This document shows, piece by piece, positions 46,496 to 58,856 of a stretch of DNA of 64,000 bases. Each line of letters opens with the position of its first letter. Position 1 is the first letter of the stretch. The DNA is from Vitrella brassicaformis CCMP3155 (taxonomy: Eukaryota; Protista; Chromerida). Under the pieces are notes generated by a model that ran no database searches, had not been told where the DNA came from, and saw nothing but the letters and a program-made list of their open reading frames with translations. The stretch is from positions 1 through 64,000 of the forward strand of contig CDMY01000317.1 in assembly GCA_001179505.1 (NCBI GenBank), given 5' to 3'. Position numbers and translations under genes: made by a program.

Positions 46496-49400
46496 ATGAA
46501 GGAGTTTGAAGTGACCAAGGTGAGAGGCCAACAGCGACGGAGCAGCACAGGGGGATGGGAAAGAATGGGCTGACGCCACGTTTGTGTGTTGTTTTTCTCT
46601 CGTAGGAGGAGCTCACCGATCTGATGAAGGCTTACATACAGAGGACGGCACACGAAGATATCGAGGTGAGCACACGGCCGCAGAAACAAGCTGCTGCTCT
46701 GCAATGGAATCAGCCATGTTTCCATCGCGGTTGCTGTGTTGCCGTTATGTATGTGCCCGCAGGAGATAGGGAGGCACGGCGGCATGGCTGGGCTGGCCAA
46801 GAAGATTGACACCGACCTCGAGAGAGGCGTCGTGTCGGGCGAGTCCATAGAGCACAGGAAAGAGGTCTACGGACTCAACAGATTCCCTGAAAAGAAACCA
46901 ACTTGTATAGACGGACGAAAAGACGACAGACAGAACGGGCGAGCACAATGTTGTGCGTTGCATTGTGCATGGACTTTGCAGCATTTCTTATGCTGTGCTG
47001 GCAAGCGCTTCAGGACTTCACATTGAGGATTCTCCTCGTGTGTGCGCTTGTATCGTTTGTGCTTGCTCTTACTCTTGGAGAGAGACCCGATATAGGCAAG
47101 CCAAACATGCCACAAGGGACTGACTGACTGGCGCATGCCGTTGTTTTCTTCTGTATTGTCAGAGTGGATTGAGGGTGTGGCGATATTCGTGGCTGTCCTG
47201 ATTGTGGTGATGGTCACCGCAGTCAATGACTGGAAGAAGGAACAGCAGTTCAAAAAGGTAATAAATGCAGAAACATGCTCGTCCTGGGCCCGGGAGAAGG
47301 GCGTGTGCCCCATCCATTGCTAATTGACAGTTGAATGAGATGAAGGACGACAAAGAGTGTTCGCTTATCCGTGGCGACATCGTCTCCAAGTACTCGGTGT
47401 TCGAGGTGGTGGTGGGGGACATTCTGAGTGTCGAGACGGGAGACGAAGTGCCCGCAGTAAGGAAAGAACCTCCATTGACAAGGAGGATCGCGGTGAGCAT
47501 TGCCTTTCTTGCTGGCGACCTTTGTGTCAGGACGGTCTGCTGATCAGCGGCTACAATCTCAAGATGGATGAGTCATCTCTCACAGGGGAGACGGAATCCA
47601 TCGCCAAATCGCCCTTTGACGTCTGCAAGCAGCAGGTAGACAAACGGCCTCAAGCCAGGCCAATTGGTAAAGCTCTGCAGGTTTGTGACTGAATCGTGCA
47701 GATTGCGGATCGTCAGGAGAAGTTAGAAAAGGCGACAGGGAAGAAGCACCATGTGATCGACAGCCCGGTGGTGCTGTCGGGGACGACCGTCACAAATGGC
47801 TCAGGGCTCATTCTTGTCCTGGCCGTGGGGCAGGCGTCACAGGTGTGTCCATGCAAAAATAAAAGCGCTCAGAGAAATGTGTCGTTTCCGGTAGGTGGGC
47901 CGTGTCATGGAGCTCCTTTCGGCTCCATCAGAGGCAACACCGCTCCAATGTAAGACGACTGAGGGCGTCCTTCTAGCTGTGTCATTTTCCTTTGTCTCAT
48001 CCAGTGAAGTTGGAGGCGATTGCCCAGGACGTCGGCAGGCTAGGTCTGTACGCAGCCCTGCTGACGATCCTGGTGCTGATCATCGAGTTCTGGATCGTGT
48101 ACGGCCTGGACAAGGAAAACCAGCCCAGCACGATGCAGGCAGTGCGTGAGCACCTGCACTTCCTGATCATTGCCATCACCATTGTGGTGGTGGCGGTGCC
48201 CGAGGGGCTGCCGCTGGCCGTGACGATCTCTCTGGCCTTCTCCATCAACAAGATGCTCGCTGACCAGAACTGGGTTCGGAGACTGGCGGTGAGGCGATTG
48301 ATCGATACATATTTTGAGGTCGAGTGTTGTTGGTGTCTGTCTCTCGGCTGAAAGGCGTGTGAGATCATGGGTGGCGCCAATGAGATCTGCAGCGACAAGA
48401 CGGGCACATTGACGAGGGTACCCTACGCTACATGCAACACAACGGTTGGCAGCTCATAAGTATATATGTGTTGTTCAGAATCGGATGACGGTTGAGGCTC
48501 TGTGGAACGGGTGGGAGGTGAAGGATTACGAGAGGTCGCCCCCCAGGAAGGAGGAGTTCATAGGCGAACACCTCGATATACTTGTCGAGGCCATCGCTGT
48601 CAACTCCACAGCATACCTGGAGTTCCAAAACATCGAAATACAGGCATGGATGAATTTGTATTTCCTCGAGAGAGAGGCTCATTGTGAGTCCGTGCCTTCC
48701 TTACTGCGTGTGTTGTGTTTAGGACGGTACTGGTCGGTTCAAAGAAGTGATCAATCACGTGGGGTCGCCGACAGAGTGCGCACTGCTGCAGTTCATGCAG
48801 AGCATGGGTCGGTCAGGATGGGAGAAAGAAGAGAAATGGTTGCCACGTGCTCTCTGTCATCGCTCAGACTACGACTATCACCATCTGAGGAAAGACTATC
48901 CCATCATACACGTTGAGCAGTTCAACTCGGAGAGGAAAGTAAGAGCTGCGCTGCAAGCAACAGACAGTCTCGGCGTGGACTGACAACATTTGCCATTTGT
49001 GTCTGCCAGATCATGACGACAGTGATTCAGCACCCAACCCAACAGAACATGTACAGGGTGTTCGTCAAGGGAGCATCCGAAAGGGTCAGCACGTGAAACC
49101 GTCTCGAATGAGAGCGTCAAGCCGTTTGGAATGGAAACTCCACTCTTTTGTCTTGTTCAGGTGTTGCGTCTCTGCACGTCGTGCTTCGATTGCAACGGTC
49201 TGAAGGAGCCTTTGTCGAGGGAAGACATTAGCAAAATCGAGCACACCATCATTCACCAGCTGGCAAGCCAGGTACCTGCGCGTTGCACAAGAGACACCAT
49301 TTCTGCATGAGAGTGTGCCACTGCATCTATCCACCAGGCGCTGCGGACCATTTGTCTGGCGTATCGCGACTTCGACCCGTCAGCTTTGCCCGACTGGAAG

Positions 49401-52279
49401 GAGCAGGACCCCGACACGCTCATATACAAAATGGAGACGGACCTCGTCTGCCTCGGTACCTTGGAACAAGCACCAGCAAACCAGCCGACCTGGCCATATG
49501 TGGGTGTCGGCAGGCATCACGGGCATCCGGGATCCAGTGCGAACCGAAGTGCCTGACGCAGTCAAGAAGTGCCAGAGGGCAGGCATCAAAGTGCGCTCGA
49601 GCAGGGAGACAGACAGACAGACACGCATTGAGCAGTCTCTTTGCTGTCAATCACCACTCAGGTTCGCATGGTGACTGGCGACAACATCGACACGGCCAAG
49701 CAGATCGCCATCCGGTGCAACATATACAACCCAGGAAAGGCCGGACTCGCCATGCTGGGTAACACGAAGCACAGAGACACGCACACGCACACATACAAAT
49801 AGGCCGCAGCAGCTTCCCTCGTCTGCTGTGCGTCAGGTCGCGACTTTCTGCAGAAGATCGGAGGCGTTATCTGCGAGTCGTGCAAGACAGAGGTCTGCGA
49901 TTGCCCGAGGGACCCCACACAGGCAGCAGAGTCTGGCAAAGAGGTACCAAGACACCTTTCTGACGCCCATGCCTCATTCGCAGATCTGCGTGTGTGTCAC
50001 AGATCCGCAATGACGTCTTGGGGAAGCCAGAAGAGTTCTCCAAGATCGCCGACCACCTCGAGGTACCCGACATCCACAGCACATCTGCATGCCACCTCAC
50101 GTGGATGTCTATCCGTCAGGTGCTGGCCCGTTCCCAGCCGTCTGACAAGTATGCTCTTGTCACAGGGCTGAGGAATATGGGACAGGTGCGTCATTCCCTC
50201 ATCCATGGAATCGGGCATACAGGAGGCGTCGCTTTCCTGATGTAGGTGGTCGCCGTCACGGGGGATGGCACCAACGATGCTCCTGCGCTCAAGAAGGCCG
50301 ACGTGGGCTTCGCGATGGGCATCGCGGGTGTGTGTGCACAGAGAGAGGCGAGGAACCAGAGACATCCATGTGTGTGCGTCTTGCAGGTAAGGAGGTTGCG
50401 AAGCAGGCGTCCGACATTGTGTTGCTGGACGACAACTTCGAGTCGATCGTCAAGGCCGTCAAATGGGGCCGCAACATCTACGACAACATCAGGAGGTTCC
50501 TGCAATTCCAAATCACGGTCAACATCGTCGCTGTGGCCACCGCATTCCTCTCCTGTGCGTGGGAAGAAGCAAATGGACTGATGCGCATGTGTACCCTTGC
50601 TGTTCTCTCTTCAGCTGTGATATTGCGTGAGTCGCCCATCGGTCCGATTCATCTGCTATGGCTGAATCTGATTATGGACACGTTCGGATCGCTAGGTCGG
50701 CAGCCAGCAGGATAGGAGGGGCCTGTCTTTCAGGAAGTCATCTCTGATATACCTCTTTTCCTCTGGACAGCACTCGCCACGAAGCCGCCAACAGAAGACT
50801 TGCTCGAAAGGCAACCATACAGGTACCAGACACTCACTGATGGGGGAAGAGGGTGAGTGCACGGCATTCCCCCTGATTGTGGCTGTTTGTGTCAGGAAGG
50901 ACGAGTACATCATCTCCAAGATCATGTGGCGAAACATCCTCGGCCAGGCGACATACCAGCTGGCCGTCATGCTCATGCTCATTTTCGCAGGTGGGTGAAG
51001 ATGAACAGTTTCACATGTGCGTGTCTCTACGTCTGTCGGTCTGTCTGTCTGTCTGTCTGTTGGTCTGTTGGTCTGTTGGTCTGTTGGTCTGTTGGTCTGC
51101 TCGTTCGTCATCAGGCGATTCGTTCATCCCCGAGTATGGGTGTGAGTGCAATGTGGACGAGGAGAGGTGTCGCAAGAGCCAGAAGATCCTGTGCGACGAC
51201 GACGGCACCATCGTGTCCGGAAGAAGGTATTTCATTGGTTCGTATGGCAAGAAGGACGAGGACTACTCCCACGACATGTGGAATGACCACGGGCCATCAA
51301 GACACTACACGATAGTCTTCAACACATTCGTATTCCTGCAGGTACGGCCTGACGTGACGTCGGGCAGCCAGCTGGCCAGATGAATGGACTGGACAAGTGT
51401 CCGTCTCTCTCTCTGTCCGTTCTACTATACTAGGTGTTCAACATGATGAATGCGCGCAAGATCCACAATGAGTTCTATATTCTGGAAGGGCTCCTGCAGA
51501 GCCGAATGTGGGGCATCATATGGACAATAATCGTGCTTGCTCAGTTTCTCATGGTGCATAAGACACACGCATACGCCTCCACAGAACACAAGAGCAAAGT
51601 CGCTGGCTGGCGTGCAGGTTCAGTACGGCGGCATCGCCGTCAACTGCCACCTTAATGGTCTTGCTGCCATGCATTGGCTCATATCAGTTGCTATAGGTAT
51701 CAACCACAACGCTCAACAACTCTGTCCGCATGGACTGTGTGCTGCGCGTGTGGCTGTGTCAATGAATCAGGGTTTGGTTCTCTTCCTATGGCGTTTTTGC
51801 TGCGGTTCATCCCGGTGCAGCGGTTCCCAGAGTACGGCATCAGGGAAGCTGAAGGCGAAGATATCACCAACAAAATAAAAAGAGGGTAGGACAGGACTAT
51901 CACTGGACTGAACACTTGCAACATTCTGTGTCTCACGCCACGGTATCATATGCATGCAGACAATCGACATTTTCTGACCGCGGTCGTGTGCGGTCCAGCC
52001 TGAGGTCCAACTCGCCGCCAGGCAGTCCAGGAAGGGTGTCTAAGGAGTCAAAGTATATGACGGCCAGGACCAGCACACCAGGGTCACCCGGCGACAGACC
52101 AGAAGCAAGATATAAAATCGGACAGGTGCGGTTGTTTGTATTCCCCCAAGGAAGGAAGAAAGGAGAGAGACACCTGTGTGTCATGTCATCCACGTGTACA
52201 TATCTTGGCGTGCACTGCACTGCAGGTCGCCCCTCTGCCCCCCACCATTGAGGAAGTCAGGGCAGACGTGGACAGATGA
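46496..52279 (+). CDS. PMCA: P-type Ca2+-transporting ATPase, type IIB (PMCA-like), many exons
   Basis: [103 protein letters not shown] and WLNLIMDT. Ends [17 protein letters not shown]. Confidence 0.97.
51060..51099. repeat. (TTGGTCTG)x5 intronic repeat
   Basis: Five 8-bp units inside a PMCA intron. Confidence 0.9.
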
Positions 52280-52879
52280 CTGGCCGGCCGAGTGCTGTCT
52301 GGTGCTGTATGGTATGTGCGTGTTGTCTTGTCGGAATACTTGCTCTGGGCTGGGTGGGATGGGATGGGATGGGATGGGTGGGGCTCCTCCCTCGCTATTT
52401 GCTCATCGACCATCTCATTGTCGTTGATCTCTTGCTGCGTTTGTACGGGTGTGCGCAGCTGCCCGCAGCGTAGCGCCTTACCTGTTTCCTCCTGGTATTA
52501 GGTTCTTTATTCACACACATTTGGGTGGGGAGGGCGTGTACATCGGGGGCGTGGGTGGGGGAGTCGGCGTGCGTGTTCATCATACCTCTCTGCTTCCTCC
52601 CTGAACATGGGATTGGCTCGCGACATGCCTTTTCGTTGTCGATGGATGCATTCCATCGATTGAGTAGGCGTCTGTGTGTGTCTTCGCGTGTGTGTGCGTG
52701 TGTGTGTCTGGCGGTGTATGTGTGAGCATGACGACTGAGTAGGTAGCTGGTGAACTGCCTGAGTACTTTCTCTTCGTGACCCGTCCATCGTTGGTCAACG
52801 GTGAAACGAGTAGCTGACCGAAATGCGATCAGTGAGGATAAGGGTAACAATATGATAGTGAGTATAGTGAGTACGTAGA

Positions 52880-54100
52880 AGGGTCGCGTCAAATGTCTGC
52901 TCTTCCGTCTCTCCATCCATCCATCCACCCACCCGACATATGGATGGCCATCTGCATACCATACACACATCTACGAAATATACATCAACGCATCCACCAA
53001 CCAACCAACCAACCAACCGACTCACATGACGACTACATATGCACTCCATCCATCCATCCATTCATCCATCCACCAACGCCACCCTCCCCTGTATTGGGAC
53101 ATCAGCCATCGACCGCTACACCTGAATTAGTCAGTCGTGACGCCTGGCAGAAGAGAGAGAGAGAGTGGAAATGCATGTATGGATCGATCGATGGGCGGGT
53201 GGGTAGGTGGGTGGGTCAATCAATAGAGACAGACAGAAAGACCTTTGTTGAGGGTAGAGGGGTCGATACATATGATGCGATCCTACTTACTTATGTACTT
53301 GTGTATGTTAGTACTTACTACGGGTGCGTAAGGTATGGTATGGTATGCAGCGTACGCAGACGGCCAGGCAGGCAGGCAGGCAGGCAGACATGTAAGCAGA
53401 CAGACAGGCAGGCAGGCACCTAGTCAGCGACGTCACGACATGTGTGAAGGAATGCAGTCACGCAGGCAGGCAGGCAGGACAGTCAGGGGCATATATACGT
53501 ACGTGGTCACGTTACTCGTTCGGTTTACATAGACATACACACATCCATGTCCATGAAGGCTAATTACTCCACACCACACCCAGACGGACAGACAGAAAGA
53601 TGGACAGAGAGAGACAGACAGAGAGACAGGCAGAGAGACAGACAGCCAGACGGGCGCCGATATCGGATCGAATTACGCACGGACGCAAGCCCCTCGTGTG
53701 CGATAGATATAGATAGATAGACATGTCAGTCATGTGCCATCATCACCGCTCGTGACATGACATGCTGCATAAAGGCAAACCATCGAACCAATCAGCAGCC
53801 ATTCACTCATCCCGGACGAATTACTCCTTACCCGTCGTGTGCAAACGAACAAGCCCCTCCCCTCCCCTGCCCCTAGCATCCCCTCCCCCTCCAGCCCTCC
53901 CTCCCCTCCCTCCCAGTTGGCCCCGCCCGCTACGCAGACCACCACACAAATAAAAGTGTGCGCCGGCTACGGCTGTGTATGTAGTAAGCAGGTACGCGAT
54001 GGGGGGGTGGGCGATGTATGCGATCGATCGGTCATGCATTCACGTGTGCATCATGTCGAGGAAATGAGTGAATGAGTGCGTACCAAAAAGCGGTCGATGC
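52880..54100. repeat. Microsatellite-rich intergenic tract ((CATC)n, (GGCA)n, (AGAC)n, (ATAG)n)
   Basis: Simple repeats; no protein-like ORF. Confidence 0.75.
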
Positions 54101-54785
54101 ATCGATGGGATGACCGCGTGTGTGTGTCACTACCAACGACTCACTCCTGTCAGCTCGCGTAGAGCTGAGGCATGCGAGCACCCCCCTCATGGCGGACATC
54201 ATGCAGCAAGCAGAAAGTGCTCCCTCCGTGCCCTCCGTGTGTATGCGTATGTCGGCGCCTGTGTGGTCGGGTGGGTATGTGCCTCTGTGTATGTTGGTTG
54301 GTGTGTATGTGTGTAAGGCACACGCAACCAACCACTCACTCCCTCAATGCATTCAATGCAGCCCCTCCCCCTCCCTACACGCACTAATCTGTCTGCCATT
54401 GTTACTCATTCCTCCCTCCGTCAGGAAGGGCCTCATTTGTCCAACCTGGCTGCATGACTCGTGTGTGTGTACGTTTGTATGCAGGCCTCGTCGCATCGGA
54501 GCAGCCACGTGTCTGTCTGTCTGCCTCTCTCTGTCTCTGTGTGTGTTGGTACGAAACGTGGCCTTCAAAAATCCAAAACGATCAACCGACCGACCGCCCG
54601 GCCAGAAGAAACAAAACCCTCTCTGCTCCCGGAAAACGAGGCGAAATCAAAGTAAGCATAAAAGACCTTTTCGTCTCATGCAGACAGCCATGCACTCACT
54701 GAATGAATGGGTGGAAAATCGCAAGATCACAACAAAAGGAAAACCGACAAGAAGAAGAAAAGAAACAGACACGTTCCCCCACGCG

Positions 54786-57769
54786 TCATTGCCCGCCCCC
54801 GCCTCCGCCCCCTCCCCCGCCGCCGTGCTCCATTGCCTGGAAATCGGCATAGTCCCAGTTGGGCAGAGTGGGGGACTCGTCGGCCCCCCGCTCCTCTACA
54901 ATCATCCGCAGCTCACTCTCCCCTCTCTGCTGGTGCACAAAGGTGGGCGTTGTCGACCCAGTGAGCCCGCTGGGAGACGGCGGCAGCCCTGGATCACCGT
55001 CACCCTGCTGCGGCCGTGGCGCGCTGCCCCTCATCGGCCCCCTCAGCATCGGCGGGCTCTTCTCACGCGCCCTAGGCCGCACCGGGGTGTACTCCATTGT
55101 GTACTGCGATCTCATGCGGTAGTTGTAGGCGTCATACTCGATCATTTTCGGGCCTCTTGGAGACGCCATCCGGGTGGCGGCGTCCGTGTGCTGCGCAGCG
55201 GGGGGCGGCATGTCGATGGGGCCTCTGTCGGGGGATGGGGGGNNNNNNNNNNNNNNNNNNNNNNNNNNNNNNNNNNNNNNNNNNNNNNNNNNNNNNNNNN
55301 NNNNNNNNNNNNNNNNNNNNNNNNNNNNNNNNNNNNNNNNNNNNNNNNNNNNNNNNNNNNNNNNNNNNNNNNNNNNNNNNNNNNNNNNNNNNNNNNNNNN
55401 NNNNNNNNNNNNNNNNNNNNNNNNNNNNNNNNNNNNNNNNNNNNNNNNNNNNNNNNNNNNNNNNNNNNNNNNNNNNNNNNNNNNNNNNNNNNNNNNNNNN
55501 NNNNNNNNNNNNNNNNNNNNNNNNNNNNNNNNNNNNNNNNNNGGTTTGGGGCGGGGGCGGGAGGGAGTGGGGGACTACTGGGGGGAGGGGGGGGACGGGG
55601 GGAGGCGACTGCGAATGCGACTGCTGGTGCTGCTGTGCGCGGACGGCCGATACGATGTGTGGCGGTTGTGTGGCTTCTTGGAGCTCTCTCCATAGCTGGT
55701 TGGGGGTGATGTCAACCTCCTGAACCCACTGATCGACGGCCTGAGTGACGCAGGCAGGGGAGGGACAACACATATATGACGGCAAGGCCTTCAGCTTTGT
55801 CATGAGGTCAAAGACAAGTGCGTACCATGTCGAACACTTCACGTTCCGCATCGAAAGTCACCTCGCTGCGGCGGCCGGGTGGAGACTCACTTGCCACGTC
55901 TGCACACACACACACACACACACACAATGAACAAAGGATAGCCCAGTCAATTTTCCGACCACTGGTGTGGTGTCCATTCATTCGACCCACCTGGCATCGG
56001 TTGCCGCCCCTCTGAGGGTGATGAAGTGCTCGTACTAGGCGTGGCCGTCGGCTGACCACCCACACCCACAGCAACGGATGTGCCGCCCCCAGCCCCACCC
56101 ACATGCCGCGGTCTGTCTCTCGGCGACCGCCGCTCCCTCTCCTCCTTGCCGATCGTCGCACCCTGCGACTCGAGAAGAGGGCTTGCAGGCCGCCCCAGTG
56201 GACCTTCCCCAAGCGTCGGCGTCGAGTAGTTTGACGCGCTGGAAGGCGTGACCACGCCCCCCACACTGCTGGGCTGCCCGACGCCCCCACTATCCTCGAA
56301 GGGGAAGTTCTGGTCAAGAACCTCACCCAGCCCCTGCACATCTGGGCTGTCGTCGCCTTCATTCTGGTACCGATGAGACAGCGGGGAGGTCGGCGCCGAG
56401 ATGGCGGATGGGGGCGGGGGTGGGGGCTGGGTGGGATGTCTTGACGTCGCTCTAGGGGGCCGGCCCCTTCTGGCTGCGGGGCCGTCGGGCGGAGGGGGAG
56501 GGGAGGTGGAGTTGGGCGGCGCGTCGGCTTCGAGGTCGTTCTGGGTGTTGCCCGTTTCTCTCTCCTTGTTGTTGTCCCCGCCGAGCTTGCCGTTGGATGG
56601 CGAGTGCTCCCCCCTGTCGTCCGGCCCATCGCCGTCGTCACGCTCGCTGGTCGGCTGCCTCGACTTCCTCCAGTTGCCCAGCCGGGCAAACATCGCCGCC
56701 CGCCGACTCCTCGCCGGCGTGAATGACGGGATGTTTGTGTCGGACTGCACCGACTGCGGCAAGCGTGAGGGCAGCAGGGAGGCCAGGTACCAGCAGACGC
56801 CCAGGGGCACGCCAGTGTGCAGGGGGAGTGCGAGCATCTGGCCGTAGGGCGACCATCCTGAGCAGTTGAGCGATAGGAAGAGCAGGGCGACGATGTGCGC
56901 TGAGAGGGCGGCGGGGATGGTCAGCAGGGGCCATGTGATCGGCAGCGAGTGGACAGAGGACGGCAGGAAGAGGTTCCTCCGCCGCTCGATGCTCCACCAG
57001 GCCCACACTCCCACCCATATCACCACGTCGCTCGTCAGCTCCAGCACATAGTGAGCGAGCGTCCGCCCTTGCAGCGAGAACAGGAAGGTCGTCACGAGCA
57101 GCCCCAGGACGCCACAAGCCACCAGTCCGCAAAGGAACCGCACGCGATTGCCGCTCCTCTTATTACGCCCGGCATGAGCATGGGCATGAACGTGCCCGTG
57201 AGTGCCGTGGCCGCCGGGCGGTGATTGCACCTCCCGCTGCGGGAAGAAGCTCCAGAGCAGCCATAGCTCGGTCAGGTAGTGGACATAAATGAGGAAGAAG
57301 GTGAATGAGACCGGCCCCACGAGGACAATCATGCTGAGGACGAAGAAGAGCACCCACACGTAGGCCATCAGGGAGGTCGACGTGCGGCAGTGCCACGGCA
57401 CCTTGGCCCCCCTCTCGTCGGTCTCCTGCGCGCCCCGAGCCACTAGAGCGGCGGCGGTGAGGCAGCCTCCCAGGTAGACGACGAGTGTGGGCAGACTGAC
57501 GACGAGCCAGGGAGGGGTGAGGAAAGGGCCGTCCAGGGCGCCGCCCATGTTGTAGCCCCAGAAGGGCACGTGCACAGGGGTGATCCGCAGCGGGTTGCAC
57601 AGCGCCTGATGTCATATCATACCATTATCATACCGGCCAATCACACCCAGGGAACAACAGCGAGACAGACAAGGCCTATTGAGAAGGGAGGCCGTTGCGT
57701 GTGTGTTGAGAGTGATGGTACCTGGTCTTGGCTACTGCTCTGCGCGTCTGCGTCTGCCGCTATGCCCAT
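54786..57769 (-). CDS. Putative 7-transmembrane protein with a long disordered cytosolic tail (interrupted by an assembly gap)
   Basis: Exon 57769-57722 (MGIAADADAQSSSQDQ) joins 57605 onward. Seven hydrophobic segments within ORF 55947-57575. Downstream exons DVASESPPG...EVFDM|AVDQWVQEVD... continue across the gap to ...HGGGGGGGGGGGQ* at 54786. Confidence 0.6.
55243..55542. other. Assembly gap (300 N) inside a predicted coding exon
   Basis: Run of n between G-rich flanks. Confidence 1.
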
Positions 57770-57906
57770 ATCCAACGAGGTCCGCTGCTCGAGCGGCTGT
57801 CACCGCCGAAGGAAGCACCAACTTGAGACGCAGTGCCGCTGGGACCCCCTTTCATCTGGGCTCATCTGCGTCGTGTGTGGGCCTCTGCTGCGAGCATTTC
57901 GGGAAC

Positions 57907-57954
57907 AAACGCCTTCTAGAGAGCGGTTTCAAACGCCTTCTAGAGAGCGGTTTC
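57907..57954. repeat. Exact 24-bp tandem duplication in a divergent promoter
   Basis: aaacgccttctagagagcggtttc x2. Confidence 0.95.
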
Positions 57955-58016
57955 ACGGAATGTCCTAAGTGCGAGCTTCCGAGGCATCTACCATCATCGG
58001 CGCCTCCTCAGACACA

Positions 58017-58856
58017 ATGCGAACGCCCTCCATCCTTGTTGTCTGCCTTGCATGCCTCACAAGCTCAAGTCTTGCCTTCCGGCAACCCGGGGCGCCTCTC
58101 TCATCCCTACGACGAGCCTCGCAGACGTCCCTGCAGTCCAGGAGGGCCCGCCCAGATGATCTGGCGCGATCAATGCTGCTCGTCCCGCTGCTGGCCTTGA
58201 CGCCGGGCGTGACGCTGCCTTCCCTCCCGGCGATGGAGCAGCCTGCAGTGGTGTCACCATTCGTGCCGACAGCGAGGGCGGATGAAGGCTTCAAGATCGA
58301 CATTGATGTGAGTCGCTGACACGACGCCCTGAGATGTCCTGTGAATGACGGACGGCATTGTGTTGCTTGTCTGTCTGTTCTCTGTTGGCTGTCGTGTCAT
58401 GGCCTGCAGGTGAGTGGTTTGGACGAGAGCGTCAAGCCTGAGTCTGCCCCAGCGCCGCCACCCCCTGCGCCCAAGAAGGAGGAGAAGGTGGCCAAGGCTC
58501 CCGAGCCAGAGCCGCCCGCCAAGCAGCCCGAACCCGTCAAGGAGATCGCCAAGGCGCCGGAAGCACCCCCACCCGCACCGCAGAAGAAAGAGGAGGTGGT
58601 GGCTAAGGCGCCCGAGCCAGCCAAGGAGGCGGCCAAGCCGGTGCTGAAGGCCGAGGTTACCGCCTCGCCGCCCAAGGCCGCGGCCCCAGCACAGAAGGCC
58701 GCGCCACCCGCACAGCAGCCGGCTGCGGATGTTGGCGGGATGAGCAGCGCTCAGATTCAGAAGCTGAGGGAGAGTATCAAGGGACGACGGCCTGACCCGG
58801 AGTTCTTCACGCAACAGCGGGAGCTCATCAAGAAGACTGGCCTGACCACATACTGA
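58017..58856 (+). CDS. Probable thylakoid-lumen-targeted Pro/Ala/Lys/Glu-rich protein (2 exons)
   Basis: Exons 58017-58307 and 58410-58856. Signal peptide ending SLA|F, S/R-rich transit peptide, RR, hydrophobic SMLLVPLLALTPGVTL and an ARA|DE cleavage motif. Confidence 0.75.
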
